A stretch of 40,000 nucleotides of DNA from Methanogenium sp. S4BF (lineage in GTDB: Archaea > Halobacteriota > Methanomicrobia > Methanomicrobiales > Methanomicrobiaceae), in NCBI RefSeq assembly GCF_029633965.1, contig NZ_CP091277.1, positions 763,940 through 803,939 on the forward strand, in the 5' to 3' direction. Below are positions 13,601 to 21,800 of this stretch, in pieces. A program made the translations under genes and the position numbers. Below the pieces are notes generated by a model. That model saw only the letters and a list, made by a program, of their open reading frames with translations, was not told the origin of the DNA and ran no database searches. Position 1 is the first letter of the stretch; every line of letters starts with the position of its first letter.

Positions 13601-16241
13601 AAAGGGGAAGGGGAAAGGGAAAGCATCCTCATATCCCGACCACCCGCTCAGGCATTCCCGTGTCTTGGTCTTTGATACAGAGACCACTATTGACTGGTTT
13701 CAGAATCTGAAGATCGGATATTTCCAGATCTATCAGGACGACATCTTACAGCATCACGGCCTGATCAACAATAATGCACATCTTGACGAACGTGAACGAA
13801 AGACCCTGAAACGGTATGCAGAGCGTAATTCAATTTCTCTATACTCGCTGAACGAGTTCGTTGATGATGTGTTCTACCGGGAAGTCTTTGACCTGAAAAC
13901 CCTCTGTATTGGGTTCAACCTCCCGTTTGATCTCAGTCGGATTGCTCACAAGGCAGCTCATTCACGCGGACGGAACAAAGGAGGGTTCACCCTCACCCTT
14001 TCGGAAGACCGCATGCAGCCTCCCATTATCGTAAAACAGCTGGGAAGCGCTTACAGCATGAAGTTCAGCTCGACCAAGAAAAACATGAAAAAAGACTTTT
14101 TTGGCGGGTATTTTCTGGACGTGCAGACACTGGCCGAGGTAATGCTTCAGGCAAAACGTGTCTCCCTTCAGCGGGCGGGTGAGATGCTCAACATCAGCCA
14201 TGAGAAATATACCGGAATCTCTCATGGAAGGGTGACGGAGAAATATATCGAATACAACATCCGGGATGTCGAAGCGACCTATGAAGTCTATCGCAGGCTT
14301 GTGCAGGAACTGGATCTCTTCCAGATTGATATCCCTCTCACGAAGGTGTTCAGCTCAGCATCCATCGGAAAGTATGCCCTCAAACAGATGAGTGTCACAC
14401 CATTTCATCAGCAGAACCCTGACTTTCCGGATGCTATTCTCGGTAATATCATGTCAGCGTATTACGGGGGAAGAACGGAGTGCAGGATACGTAAACAGCC
14501 GACCAAGGTGTCGGTGCTTGACTTTACAAGCATGTATCCGACCATCACCATGATTCTGGGTCTCTGGCCTTATCTCATTGCAGATCGTATCGAATCAGTG
14601 GATGCGACTGAAGAGATACAAGCGCTCCTCTCTTCTCTCAATCTTGCTGATTTGCAGAACCCGGATATCTGGAAGGACTTCTGTGTTCTTGTCAAGCTGC
14701 GACCGGATGATGATATCCTTCCGGCGAGGATGGACTATAAAGGGGATGACTCTCCCTATGTGGTCGGACTCAATTACCTCTCCAGTGAAAAGGAGATGTG
14801 GTATGCTCTGCCGGATGTCATCGCCTCGGTGCTACTCACCGGGAAAGTGCCTGATATTCTTGAGGCTGTGCGGTTTGTGCCGGTCGGACAACAGACCAGC
14901 CTTCAGAAGACACAGATCCATAGTGTTGATATTGATCCTCGCAGGGACAATCTGTTTCAGGTGCTGGTTGAAAAGCGGCAGGAGATTAAACAAGACCTCA
15001 AGACCATCTCCAAAGATGATCCAGAACAGCTTCACCTCTCCAGCCAGGCACAGGCCATCAAGATTCTTGTCAATGCGATGAGTTATGGCATCTTCATTGA
15101 ACTCAATCCCGAAGATAAGAAAAGCGCTTTAGAGGTGAATGGGGTTTACTCCTTCACGACTGAAGAGAACCGGCATGAGAAAGAAGGGAAGTATTTCCAC
15201 CCTCTTATGGCGGTAATGATTACCGCAGGGTCACGTCTCTTTCTCGCAATGGCTGAGGCGAAGGTGCTGGAGCTGGGTGGGCAGCATGCCTACATGGATA
15301 CGGATAGTATCTTTGTCCCGCCCGACTTTGCACAGCCTATCCTTGACTTCTTCCAGCCACTGAACCCGTATAGCATTGATATCCCTCTGCTCAAGCCTGA
15401 AAAGGAGGATATGTGGTTCTATGGCATCTCCTCCAAGCGGTATGCTCTCTATTATCTTGACGGTCAGGAGATCCGGTTCATGGAAGGAGAGCGGTCGTAT
15501 AAGCTGCATGGTCTGGGACATCTGGCGAATCCGTTCCCGAACAACGTGAAGGACTGGCAGGCAGAAGTCTGGCAGGACATCCTGCGTATGCACTATGGGT
15601 TTGTTTCATCGATGGAGATCTATGAGAAGTATTCAAAATTTTATGCGGTTTCCCGTCTTTCGGTCTCAACCTCTCATGTATGGAAGAGGTTTGATAGTTT
15701 CAATGAAGGGAAAGCATGGGATGAACAGATTAAGCCGTTCAATTTCTATCTTGCAGGCTTTAAAACGGAGGATGAGAATGGTGTGCCTGTTAAACCGCTA
15801 TGTCCCTTCTCCAAAGACCCGCAGACAATTGTTCACAGGGAGTTCATCGATTATCAGACAGGGGAGAACAAGCAGGGTTCGCACTACTTCAGAGCACTCT
15901 GCCAGACCATTCTTGATTATGCCAATCACCCGGAAAACAAGTTCGATGGGGGTGTTGGTCTGCTTGAGAGGAGACATATTGTGGCTGATGATGTGACTCA
16001 CATCGGAAAGGAAGCTAACAATATTGATGATCAGGCACTGGAAGTTCGGAAGGCTCAGAGGTTTGTCGATAAGGCTGATGTCATGAAGACGATTCTTTCT
16101 ATGTCTCAGAAGATAGCTGAAGAATGTGGGGTGGATAGGAAGACGTTCCAAAGGATGAAGCAGAGGATTCAGGAGAAAGGCGATTTAAATTTGAAGACTC
16201 CAGCTGTTAAAAGGTTGTACTCAAAAAGGTTAATGAATTAA
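13512..16241 (+). CDS. polB: Family B DNA polymerase (casposon PolB, protein-primed-like clade)
   Basis: ExoI VLVFDTETT and ExoII-like YNIRDVEATYEVY. Motif A is VSVLDFTSMYPTI, motif B is AIKILVNAMSYGIFIE and motif C is HAYMDTDSIFV. The start is uncertain: in-frame candidates are ATG 13512, 13542 and 13557 and GTG 13572, all overlapping the HNH gene end. Confidence 0.92.
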   Translation: MLVSHSSNLPMRFSRMPALAVRGYTRKLNKKGKGKGKASSYPDHPLRHSRVLVFDTETTIDWFQNLKIGYFQIYQDDILQHHGLINNNAHLDERERKTLKRYAERNSISLYSLNEFVDDVFYREVFDLKTLCIGFNLPFDLSRIAHKAAHSRGRNKGGFTLTLSEDRMQPPIIVKQLGSAYSMKFSSTKKNMKKDFFGGYFLDVQTLAEVMLQAKRVSLQRAGEMLNISHEKYTGISHGRVTEKYIEYNIRDVEATYEVYRRLVQELDLFQIDIPLTKVFSSASIGKYALKQMSVTPFHQQNPDFPDAILGNIMSAYYGGRTECRIRKQPTKVSVLDFTSMYPTITMILGLWPYLIADRIESVDATEEIQALLSSLNLADLQNPDIWKDFCVLVKLRPDDDILPARMDYKGDDSPYVVGLNYLSSEKEMWYALPDVIASVLLTGKVPDILEAVRFVPVGQQTSLQKTQIHSVDIDPRRDNLFQVLVEKRQEIKQDLKTISKDDPEQLHLSSQAQAIKILVNAMSYGIFIELNPEDKKSALEVNGVYSFTTEENRHEKEGKYFHPLMAVMITAGSRLFLAMAEAKVLELGGQHAYMDTDSIFVPPDFAQPILDFFQPLNPYSIDIPLLKPEKEDMWFYGISSKRYALYYLDGQEIRFMEGERSYKLHGLGHLANPFPNNVKDWQAEVWQDILRMHYGFVSSMEIYEKYSKFYAVSRLSVSTSHVWKRFDSFNEGKAWDEQIKPFNFYLAGFKTEDENGVPVKPLCPFSKDPQTIVHREFIDYQTGENKQGSHYFRALCQTILDYANHPENKFDGGVGLLERRHIVADDVTHIGKEANNIDDQALEVRKAQRFVDKADVMKTILSMSQKIAEECGVDRKTFQRMKQRIQEKGDLNLKTPAVKRLYSKRLMN

Positions 16242-17017
16242 TTCCCTTCTTCTTTTGAATACGCACGTTCTCTTAGGACATTAATGATGTCTGGGTTCCA
16301 AGCTTCTTTATTTCCATGGAGAGATTTTCTTTCAATTATTGCCTGTGCACAACTCCGAAGTTCTTCAGCCCCTTGCGGCTTCCAATCATTTCTCAGTGCC
16401 CATGCTTTTAATGAATCTGGATCAAATAATTCTCCATTGTTTCTTAGAATTCTTAACAACTCAACTGTTTCTCGTTTATCTCTTGGATTTGATAGACCCG
16501 TTGACAAATTAACTCTCCTTGTAAGCGTTTTCATTGCTTCTTCGACAACAGGATTTTTAATCAAATCTTCGAGTTCACTGTGTTCTTCTCCAAGTATTAT
16601 TGGGTTCCATGTTTTCTTCCATTCACCTATTTCATCCATATACCACGGAACAACCACAGCCAGATCAAGATTTTTTACAGAATCTAAAATATCTAACATT
16701 TTCTTGTTTGGATAAACACAAAGAACGATTTCTGATGATGAATAAGAATTGAATGTTTTAATTGTTTCACATTTTAAGACTAAATTATCCGCAATTTTCA
16801 ATTTTTTACCTTTTGAGAGGTTTTTGCAAGGTTTTTCACCTAAAGCCGCGTCAATATCAGTTCCATTAAGCTGGTGTTTGGTTGGTATGAATAATGTAAC
16901 TTCTTTTAAACGTTCAGATTTTTCATTAATCTTAATAATCAGTATCAAAGCTTCGATAATTGACCCCATTTCTCCAAATTTTGGGGGGACGACATATCTT
17001 GAGATATCAGGTGTCAT
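16238..17017 (-). CDS. Hypothetical protein (259 aa), AT-rich cargo gene at the casposon right end
   Basis: An uninterrupted ORF convergent with polB, with overlapping stops. A consensus archaeal TATA box sits about 26 nt upstream of its ATG. Alternating strand/helix pattern in the N-terminal half (VTLFIPTK, IVLCVYPN, LAVVVPW) and a helical C-terminal half. No recognisable motif. Confidence 0.55.
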   Translation of the reverse strand: MTPDISRYVVPPKFGEMGSIIEALILIIKINEKSERLKEVTLFIPTKHQLNGTDIDAALGEKPCKNLSKGKKLKIADNLVLKCETIKTFNSYSSSEIVLCVYPNKKMLDILDSVKNLDLAVVVPWYMDEIGEWKKTWNPIILGEEHSELEDLIKNPVVEEAMKTLTRRVNLSTGLSNPRDKRETVELLRILRNNGELFDPDSLKAWALRNDWKPQGAEELRSCAQAIIERKSLHGNKEAWNPDIINVLRERAYSKEEGN

Positions 17018-17039
17018 AACAATGAATTATTCACTTAGC

Positions 17040-17047
17040 TATTTAAA
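17040..17047 (-). promoter_or_regulatory. TATA box for the 259-aa cargo gene
   Basis: The minus strand reads TTTAAATA, centred about 26 nt upstream of the ATG at 17017. This implies a leaderless or near-leaderless transcript. Confidence 0.4.
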
Positions 17048-17157
17048 TGAAAGTCAGATTATAATGCAGTCATGTTTTCAAAAAAAAGATTGTTTAGGTA
17101 AATTTAGATTGTCACATCCTAAATGGATGACTTTGAGTAAAAGGGTTGAACAAAATA

Positions 17158-17186
17158 GTGGCGTTTTTCACAACTAACTATAACCC
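17158..17186. repeat. Casposon right terminal inverted repeat
   Basis: gtggcgtttttcacaactaactataaccc is the exact reverse complement of 2853-2881. Confidence 0.9.
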
Positions 17187-17200
17187 GAACCAAAAATGCG
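17187..17200. repeat. Target-site duplication, right copy (overlaps the tRNA-Leu 3' end)
   Basis: gaaccaaaaatgcg matches 2839-2852 at 12/14. It covers the oligo-T tract downstream of the tRNA, the discriminator base and the last 3 acceptor-stem nucleotides. Confidence 0.7.
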
Positions 17201-17280
17201 AGGGGAGGGATTCGAACCCGCGAACTCCTACGAGACTGGGCCCTAAACCCAGCGCCTTTGACCGACTCGGCAACCCTCGC
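17197..17280 (-). tRNA. tRNA-Leu (anticodon UAG), class II with long variable arm
   Basis: The reverse complement reads GCGAGGGTTGCCGAGTCGGTCAAAGGCGCTGGGTTTAGGGCCCAGTCTCGTAGGAGTTCGCGGGTTCGAATCCCTCCCCTCGC plus discriminator A. It has a 7-bp acceptor stem and an anticodon stem CTGGG/CCCAG with loop TTTAGGG, giving anticodon TAG. It also has a long variable arm and a GTTCGAATC T-loop. CCA is not encoded, and a TTTTT tract follows. Confidence 0.9.
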
Positions 17281-17392
17281 TCACGCAATACAGAAATTGC
17301 AGTCCAGTATTAGCGCTAAAAAGGTATAATTCCTTGTATCTTCTGGAAATAATCAGGGGAAAGAACCGGAAATGAAACGGGAAAGAACCGTG

Positions 17393-17400
17393 AAAAAAAA
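17393..17400 (-). terminator. Oligo-T tract downstream of the methyltransferase gene
   Basis: A run of 8 T on the minus strand starts 26 nt after the stop at 17426. Archaeal terminators are typically oligo-T tracts. Confidence 0.35.
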
Positions 17401-17425
17401 GAGAAATACCGTAATCCAATATCCT

Positions 17426-18178
17426 TCACAACGGTTTTCTCATTACCAGATAGGTATTCCCAAACTCATCCGGGTATTTCTCAAAGATTTCGGCCTGCCT
17501 TTTCAATCCCCCGATTACCATCAGGGCGCCCTCATCATCTGCATATTCCTCTTCGAGTTCTCCAAGCTTCCCCCTCATTTTACCGTAGAAGGTCTCTTCC
17601 CATACCCGTGAAGGAAGCCGGAAGGATCCAGCCAGCTCAAGCCCGGCATTCCGGATGATCTCAAATCCTTTATCTTCTAACATCATTGCGGGATGGAATT
17701 CGGCGAAAAATTCCCGTGCCTCATCAGAGGGGGTATCCGTGAACCAGAACACATCCGAGATCATCATGTATCCGCCCGGTTTCAGGAGTTTTTTCCAGTA
17801 CCTGACGGCATTTTCGATGCCGATAATGGATGCACATCCTGCAGCCCATATAATGTCGAAAGACTCCTCTCCAAAGGGAAGATCGTCCATGGATGCACAG
17901 ACTGTTTTGATTCTCCCGGAAAAACCTTCGGCTGCAGCTTTTTCATCCACCACATCGAGGAAAGGCTGGTGGATATCTGTCGCTATTATCCTGCAGGACG
18001 GGAACAGGCGGGCAAGGGCCATCGTCTGTACACCCCTCCCGCACCCAACATCAAGGATCTCACCACCTCCTTCAGGCGGTTCTGCAATGATTGAGAATGC
18101 CTTTTCCGTGTGCTCATCATCCCCCGGCCCCAGACTGGGTAAGGATTCAAAAATTGTAATAACAGGATTGTTTTCCAT
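17426..18178 (-). CDS. Class I SAM-dependent methyltransferase
   Basis: Motif I EILDVGCGRGVQTMALA, followed by IIATD and an acidic loop. The post-motif pattern DIIWAAGC ... LKPGGYMMISD is typical of the Methyltransf_11/25 type. Confidence 0.8.
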   Translation of the reverse strand: MENNPVITIFESLPSLGPGDDEHTEKAFSIIAEPPEGGGEILDVGCGRGVQTMALARLFPSCRIIATDIHQPFLDVVDEKAAAEGFSGRIKTVCASMDDLPFGEESFDIIWAAGCASIIGIENAVRYWKKLLKPGGYMMISDVFWFTDTPSDEAREFFAEFHPAMMLEDKGFEIIRNAGLELAGSFRLPSRVWEETFYGKMRGKLGELEEEYADDEGALMVIGGLKRQAEIFEKYPDEFGNTYLVMRKPL

Positions 18179-18325
18179 ACATCATTTTATTTTGAGGTTT
18201 GTATGTAGTTTGTGGTCGTCCCGGCACCGCTGACGCCTGTTCTCCCTGTACCGATCTGTTCTGAGACATTCGGATCTGAGTGAGGACGAGCTAAAAATGA
18301 GAGAATTACTGAATTTCAGATATGC

Positions 18326-19381
18326 TCAAACGGGGGGCTTCTCCAGCCACCCGTTCGCCTTTGCCCGCTTCAGTATTGCAATCAGCTCCCTTCCGCCTGC
18401 AACCAGCAGTGCCAGGACAAGGGGCCCGATGACAAACCCGACAATCCCGAGGATCCAGAGCCCGCCGAAAAAGCCGATCCACATGATGGCCGGATGAATG
18501 GACGTCCGCTTGCCCATCATTATCGGCCGGAAAAAGAGGTCCGGGACCGCACAGACGACCGGATAGCCGATGATCGCAATCAGGGCGGCCGCCCGGTAAT
18601 CCCCGGTGGCAAGGGCGAAAATTCCCAGAAAGATCATAATGAGGGTCGGGCCGACGATAGGGATCAGCTGGAACAGGGCCACAATCAGGGACCAGAATAC
18701 GATATGCCCGTATCCCAGCACATAGAAAAACGGTATCGCCAGAAGAAACGTGATGACCGATGTGGAGATATGGACGATATAAATGGAATACAACGTATTT
18801 GAACTGATCTCCGTCATGTGGCCGACAAATGACTTCAGGGCATCAGGAACACCGGAGAGCAGATCCCGCCAGATGTTCTCCCCAAAATAGATGAAGACAA
18901 ACAGTGCGAGGAAGAAGATAATGGTGTTAAATATGGCTGCGGTAAATCCGGTCAATACCGAGAAGAACCCTGACTGAATGGTATCCATCTGGGAATTCAG
19001 TATCCCTGCCACATCAACAGGGGGAGTCGTTGCCGTCCCCTGCGGAATCAGCTGCATCCCGATAAGAGCGAGGTATATCTGGGTGATGATCTCGGTCAGG
19101 TAATCTGCATTATCATATATGATGGCAACACTGAACGCCAGCGCACCAATAGCGATGCATCCGACGATAAACGTCACCAGAAATGATGCCACCTGCGCAT
19201 TGATAAACCGGGTAAACCACGTCTTCAGCGGCATCACCACGACGGCAAGAGAGACGGCAAGGATGACAACATCGAGAATCGGACCAAACGCAATAAGTGT
19301 GAGAATCAGCACAATCCCTATAATCAGGAGTGCGAGTTTGTCATGATCCGCAAATGCGCTTTTCATTACGTATAAAATCAC
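18326..19381 (-). CDS. AI-2E family (PerM/UPF0118-like) membrane transporter
   Basis: A 351-aa polytopic membrane protein. Its length and C-terminal pattern (HPAIMWIGFFGGLWILGIVGFVIGPLVLALL) are characteristic of this family. Called by resemblance only. Confidence 0.55.
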   Translation of the reverse strand: MILYVMKSAFADHDKLALLIIGIVLILTLIAFGPILDVVILAVSLAVVVMPLKTWFTRFINAQVASFLVTFIVGCIAIGALAFSVAIIYDNADYLTEIITQIYLALIGMQLIPQGTATTPPVDVAGILNSQMDTIQSGFFSVLTGFTAAIFNTIIFFLALFVFIYFGENIWRDLLSGVPDALKSFVGHMTEISSNTLYSIYIVHISTSVITFLLAIPFFYVLGYGHIVFWSLIVALFQLIPIVGPTLIMIFLGIFALATGDYRAAALIAIIGYPVVCAVPDLFFRPIMMGKRTSIHPAIMWIGFFGGLWILGIVGFVIGPLVLALLVAGGRELIAILKRAKANGWLEKPPV

Positions 19382-19573
19382 CCTGCCCGGCTATATACAT
19401 ACTGGCAGAATCCAAAACAGAACCCATTACCTTATCAAATCAGCCGTATTCTTCTATTATCAGAGATATAATTCGTGCAATTCACCAATTTGTCATGGAA
19501 ACGGTGATTTTACTGTGACAATGGGAAATGTTAAACATATGAAAGGGTATCTGTTATTATTCGGAGTTAATAA

Positions 19574-20059
19574 ATGCCGGGTGTGGTTGTAAACATCATC
19601 ATTGCCGTCCTTGTCTGCTGGATTCTTTTTATTGCAATTGATATTATATTCAAACTCCCGGAAAAAGGCGGGGTGAGCGGTGCTGCTGCTATTGGCACTG
19701 CAATTGCAGAGGAACGGGGTTCACTCAATGGCGGATATATGATGGGAAATATCGTATGTTCGCCGGACGCTTCGGCAGGGACCCTCCTTGCCGCCTGCGG
19801 GGTGTTCGTTGCCGGCATCCCCGGCGGGCTCGTTGCGGCACTATTGGTATATATCGGAAACAGAATCTGCCATGACCCCGGGTATGCAGGCACAACCGGT
19901 GCACTCTGTGCAACGTTTGTCATCACCGGATTTGGCCTCATCGGCGTAACTCCTGACGCCTTTATCGCGGGCATGGTCATCGCCATCCTCACCATCCAGG
20001 GCATGTCCCATCCGTATGCCAGCCATCTTCTCACGAAACTCTGGGGGATGCGGGCATGA
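19574..20059 (+). CDS. Energy-converting hydrogenase Eha, first membrane subunit (EhaA position)
   Basis: A hydrophobic 161-aa protein and the first gene of the overlapping-gene run. A GGAG sits 9 nt upstream of the ATG. Its stop overlaps the next start (ATGA). Confidence 0.5.
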   Translation: MPGVVVNIIIAVLVCWILFIAIDIIFKLPEKGGVSGAAAIGTAIAEERGSLNGGYMMGNIVCSPDASAGTLLAACGVFVAGIPGGLVAALLVYIGNRICHDPGYAGTTGALCATFVITGFGLIGVTPDAFIAGMVIAILTIQGMSHPYASHLLTKLWGMRA

Positions 20060-20298
20060 TCCCGGTATACATCTGCGGCATTGTTGCAGTCTATGCGGTC
20101 ATCCGGGTGGTCACCGAAAAAAAGACCCTCAGAAAACTGGTTTATTTAAATGTCATGAACTTCGCCATCACCGGGCTGATAGTGCTTGCCATTCCGGACA
20201 TCATGGCGCTTTTTGCAGGCATCGCCTATTTTGTCGGGTCAACCCTGGAAGCCAATGCGATCGCCAGCACCTTTGCAGGAGGGGTAGCCAATGAATGA
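20056..20298 (+). CDS. Eha small membrane subunit (EhaB position)
   Basis: An 80-aa two-TM protein whose start and stop overlap the neighbouring genes. Confidence 0.5.
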   Translation: MIPVYICGIVAVYAVIRVVTEKKTLRKLVYLNVMNFAITGLIVLAIPDIMALFAGIAYFVGSTLEANAIASTFAGGVANE

Positions 20299-20527
20299 AT
20301 TTTATATCCTCATCCTGAGCGTGATTGCACTCATCGGCGTCGTATCCATCTACATCAAACAAAGCCCCTTTGACAAACTGATCGGGCTTGCCATCATGAT
20401 GGGCGGGGTGATACCCCTGATTGTCCTCAAGGGATACCTGGATGTGGCCATCCTTGTTGCAATCATCATGCCCCTGACGACGATCTTTATTCTTCAGGCC
20501 ACCGGGAGGAACACCGATGAATCCTGA
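20291..20527 (+). CDS. Eha small membrane subunit (EhaC position)
   Basis: A 78-aa hydrophobic protein overlapping both neighbours. Confidence 0.5.
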   Translation: MNEFYILILSVIALIGVVSIYIKQSPFDKLIGLAIMMGGVIPLIVLKGYLDVAILVAIIMPLTTIFILQATGRNTDES

Positions 20528-20756
20528 ACTCATCCTCGGCTGTATCATTCTGCTGGCAGGCGTTGCTGCCGCCGCATTCCCCCGCGAACGAGACTATATA
20601 TCCCGCCTGATCCATGTGGAGATTGCAGGAACGGGCCTGATGCTTATTATGCTGGCATACAATGAGACCATTGCGCTGCTGACATTTGTTGCGGTGACAG
20701 CGATAGCCACCATTGTCCTGGTGCGGGTGATTGAACGGGGTGAGCCCAGTGATTAA
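20517..20756 (+). CDS. Eha small membrane subunit (EhaD position)
   Basis: A 79-aa hydrophobic protein overlapping both neighbours. Confidence 0.5.
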   Translation: MNPELILGCIILLAGVAAAAFPRERDYISRLIHVEIAGTGLMLIMLAYNETIALLTFVAVTAIATIVLVRVIERGEPSD

Positions 20757-21204
20757 GCAACTTTCCCGGTATATGGCGGATGTCGACAATCTGATCGCCA
20801 TCTACGCATTCATTGTGGCGGCCATCGTCTGCATCTCTCTGGTTTTCGTCATCGTGATGCCCATCGGATATGAGAATACCCAGCTGTATCCCAAAGAGAT
20901 CAACACCTCCTCATCCCTGAACCCCTACGACCGGGGCGGAGAGCCATTCGGCACCACCGAAGTGCATGCACAATACCCGGATAACTCCCCGTACCTGGGA
21001 TATGTCACCGCATACCTGACCCCCCTCTCGGCGTTTCTGGCTGCCAGCAATCTCTATCTCGGCACCACCATTGTCTCCCACCCGGGCGGCATCATCGATG
21101 AAATTCTCTACAACACCCGTGGACTGGATACCATCGTGGAGACAAGCATCCTCTTTGCCGCCTTTGCCATCGCCTCGTTTTTGTACCGGAGGGATGAAGA
21201 ATGA
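20731..21204 (+). CDS. Eha membrane-anchored subunit (EhaE position)
   Basis: 157 aa, with one N-terminal and one C-terminal TM helix. The start is ambiguous (TTG 20731, GTG 20740 or 20749, ATG 20773). The stop overlaps the next start (ATGA). Confidence 0.5.
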   Translation: MNGVSPVIKQLSRYMADVDNLIAIYAFIVAAIVCISLVFVIVMPIGYENTQLYPKEINTSSSLNPYDRGGEPFGTTEVHAQYPDNSPYLGYVTAYLTPLSAFLAASNLYLGTTIVSHPGGIIDEILYNTRGLDTIVETSILFAAFAIASFLYRRDEE

Positions 21205-21800
21205 TGGAGGAATACGCAATCGGCCTTGCCGTCGCATTCATTGCCGTCATCATCACCTTTGTCGCGGCAATCCGGGAGAAAAATGACATCCACCGGCTCA
21301 TCATTGCAGACCTCGCAGAGGTCTCGGTTCTGGTCGTCATCGCACTCATCGCGACGGACCTTGCCGAAGCCCTCATCATTCCGGGCCTTGTCGTCGGCAT
21401 CTCGGAACTGATGGCGCTCTCCGAGATCTATCTGACACGGGAAGGGCTGAACAATCCGGTGCATAAGCCGTTCAGGATTGAAGTGCTTGACACCGCCCCC
21501 ACCATCATCGCGGTCATCCTCGTTCTCTACGGCATTGTGCTCTCCGGATTTACCGGAGGTGCGGTCGCAGGAACGGGTGTGATCTTTTACTTCATGGGGA
21601 AGAGGCATGCCGAACGCTTTGCCCTCATTGAAGCCGTATCCGGCTATGCATGGGCACTCTGGATTGTCGCTTTCTTCATCTTTATGGTGATGCCCGAGTA
21701 CTGGTTCTTTGCAGTTATGTTAGCAGGCGGAGCAATCCTTGCCAAAGTGACCGCAAAGATGTCACTGATAGGCACCATGCGGGGTGAGAAAGATGTTTGA
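21201..21800 (+). CDS. Eha integral membrane subunit (EhaF position)
   Basis: A 199-aa polytopic membrane protein in the overlapping operon. Confidence 0.5.
   Translation: MMEEYAIGLAVAFIAVIITFVAAIREKNDIHRLIIADLAEVSVLVVIALIATDLAEALIIPGLVVGISELMALSEIYLTREGLNNPVHKPFRIEVLDTAPTIIAVILVLYGIVLSGFTGGAVAGTGVIFYFMGKRHAERFALIEAVSGYAWALWIVAFFIFMVMPEYWFFAVMLAGGAILAKVTAKMSLIGTMRGEKDV

Larger units (their letters stand above)
2853..17186. mobile_element. Casposon (Cas1-casposase / PolB self-synthesizing transposon), about 14.3 kb, organised like euryarchaeal family 2
   Basis: It has perfect 29-bp terminal inverted repeats and a flanking 14-bp direct duplication that overlaps the tRNA-Leu 3' end. Inside are Cas1, family-B polymerase, HNH nuclease and HTH/RHH genes. 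No CRISPR repeats and no cas2 occur anywhere in the window. Confidence 0.85.

Noticed and set aside
2853-17186. tRNA-adjacent genomic island mobilised by a tyrosine or serine integrase, or a provirus
   Set aside because: No integrase, capsid, terminase or portal-like gene is recognisable. The inverted (not direct att-type) termini plus Cas1 and PolB explain the insertion.
17372-17611. 79-aa plus-strand ORF next to the tRNA
   Set aside because: Most of it is antisense to the 3' end of the SAM-methyltransferase gene. The start region is the A-rich terminator spacer.
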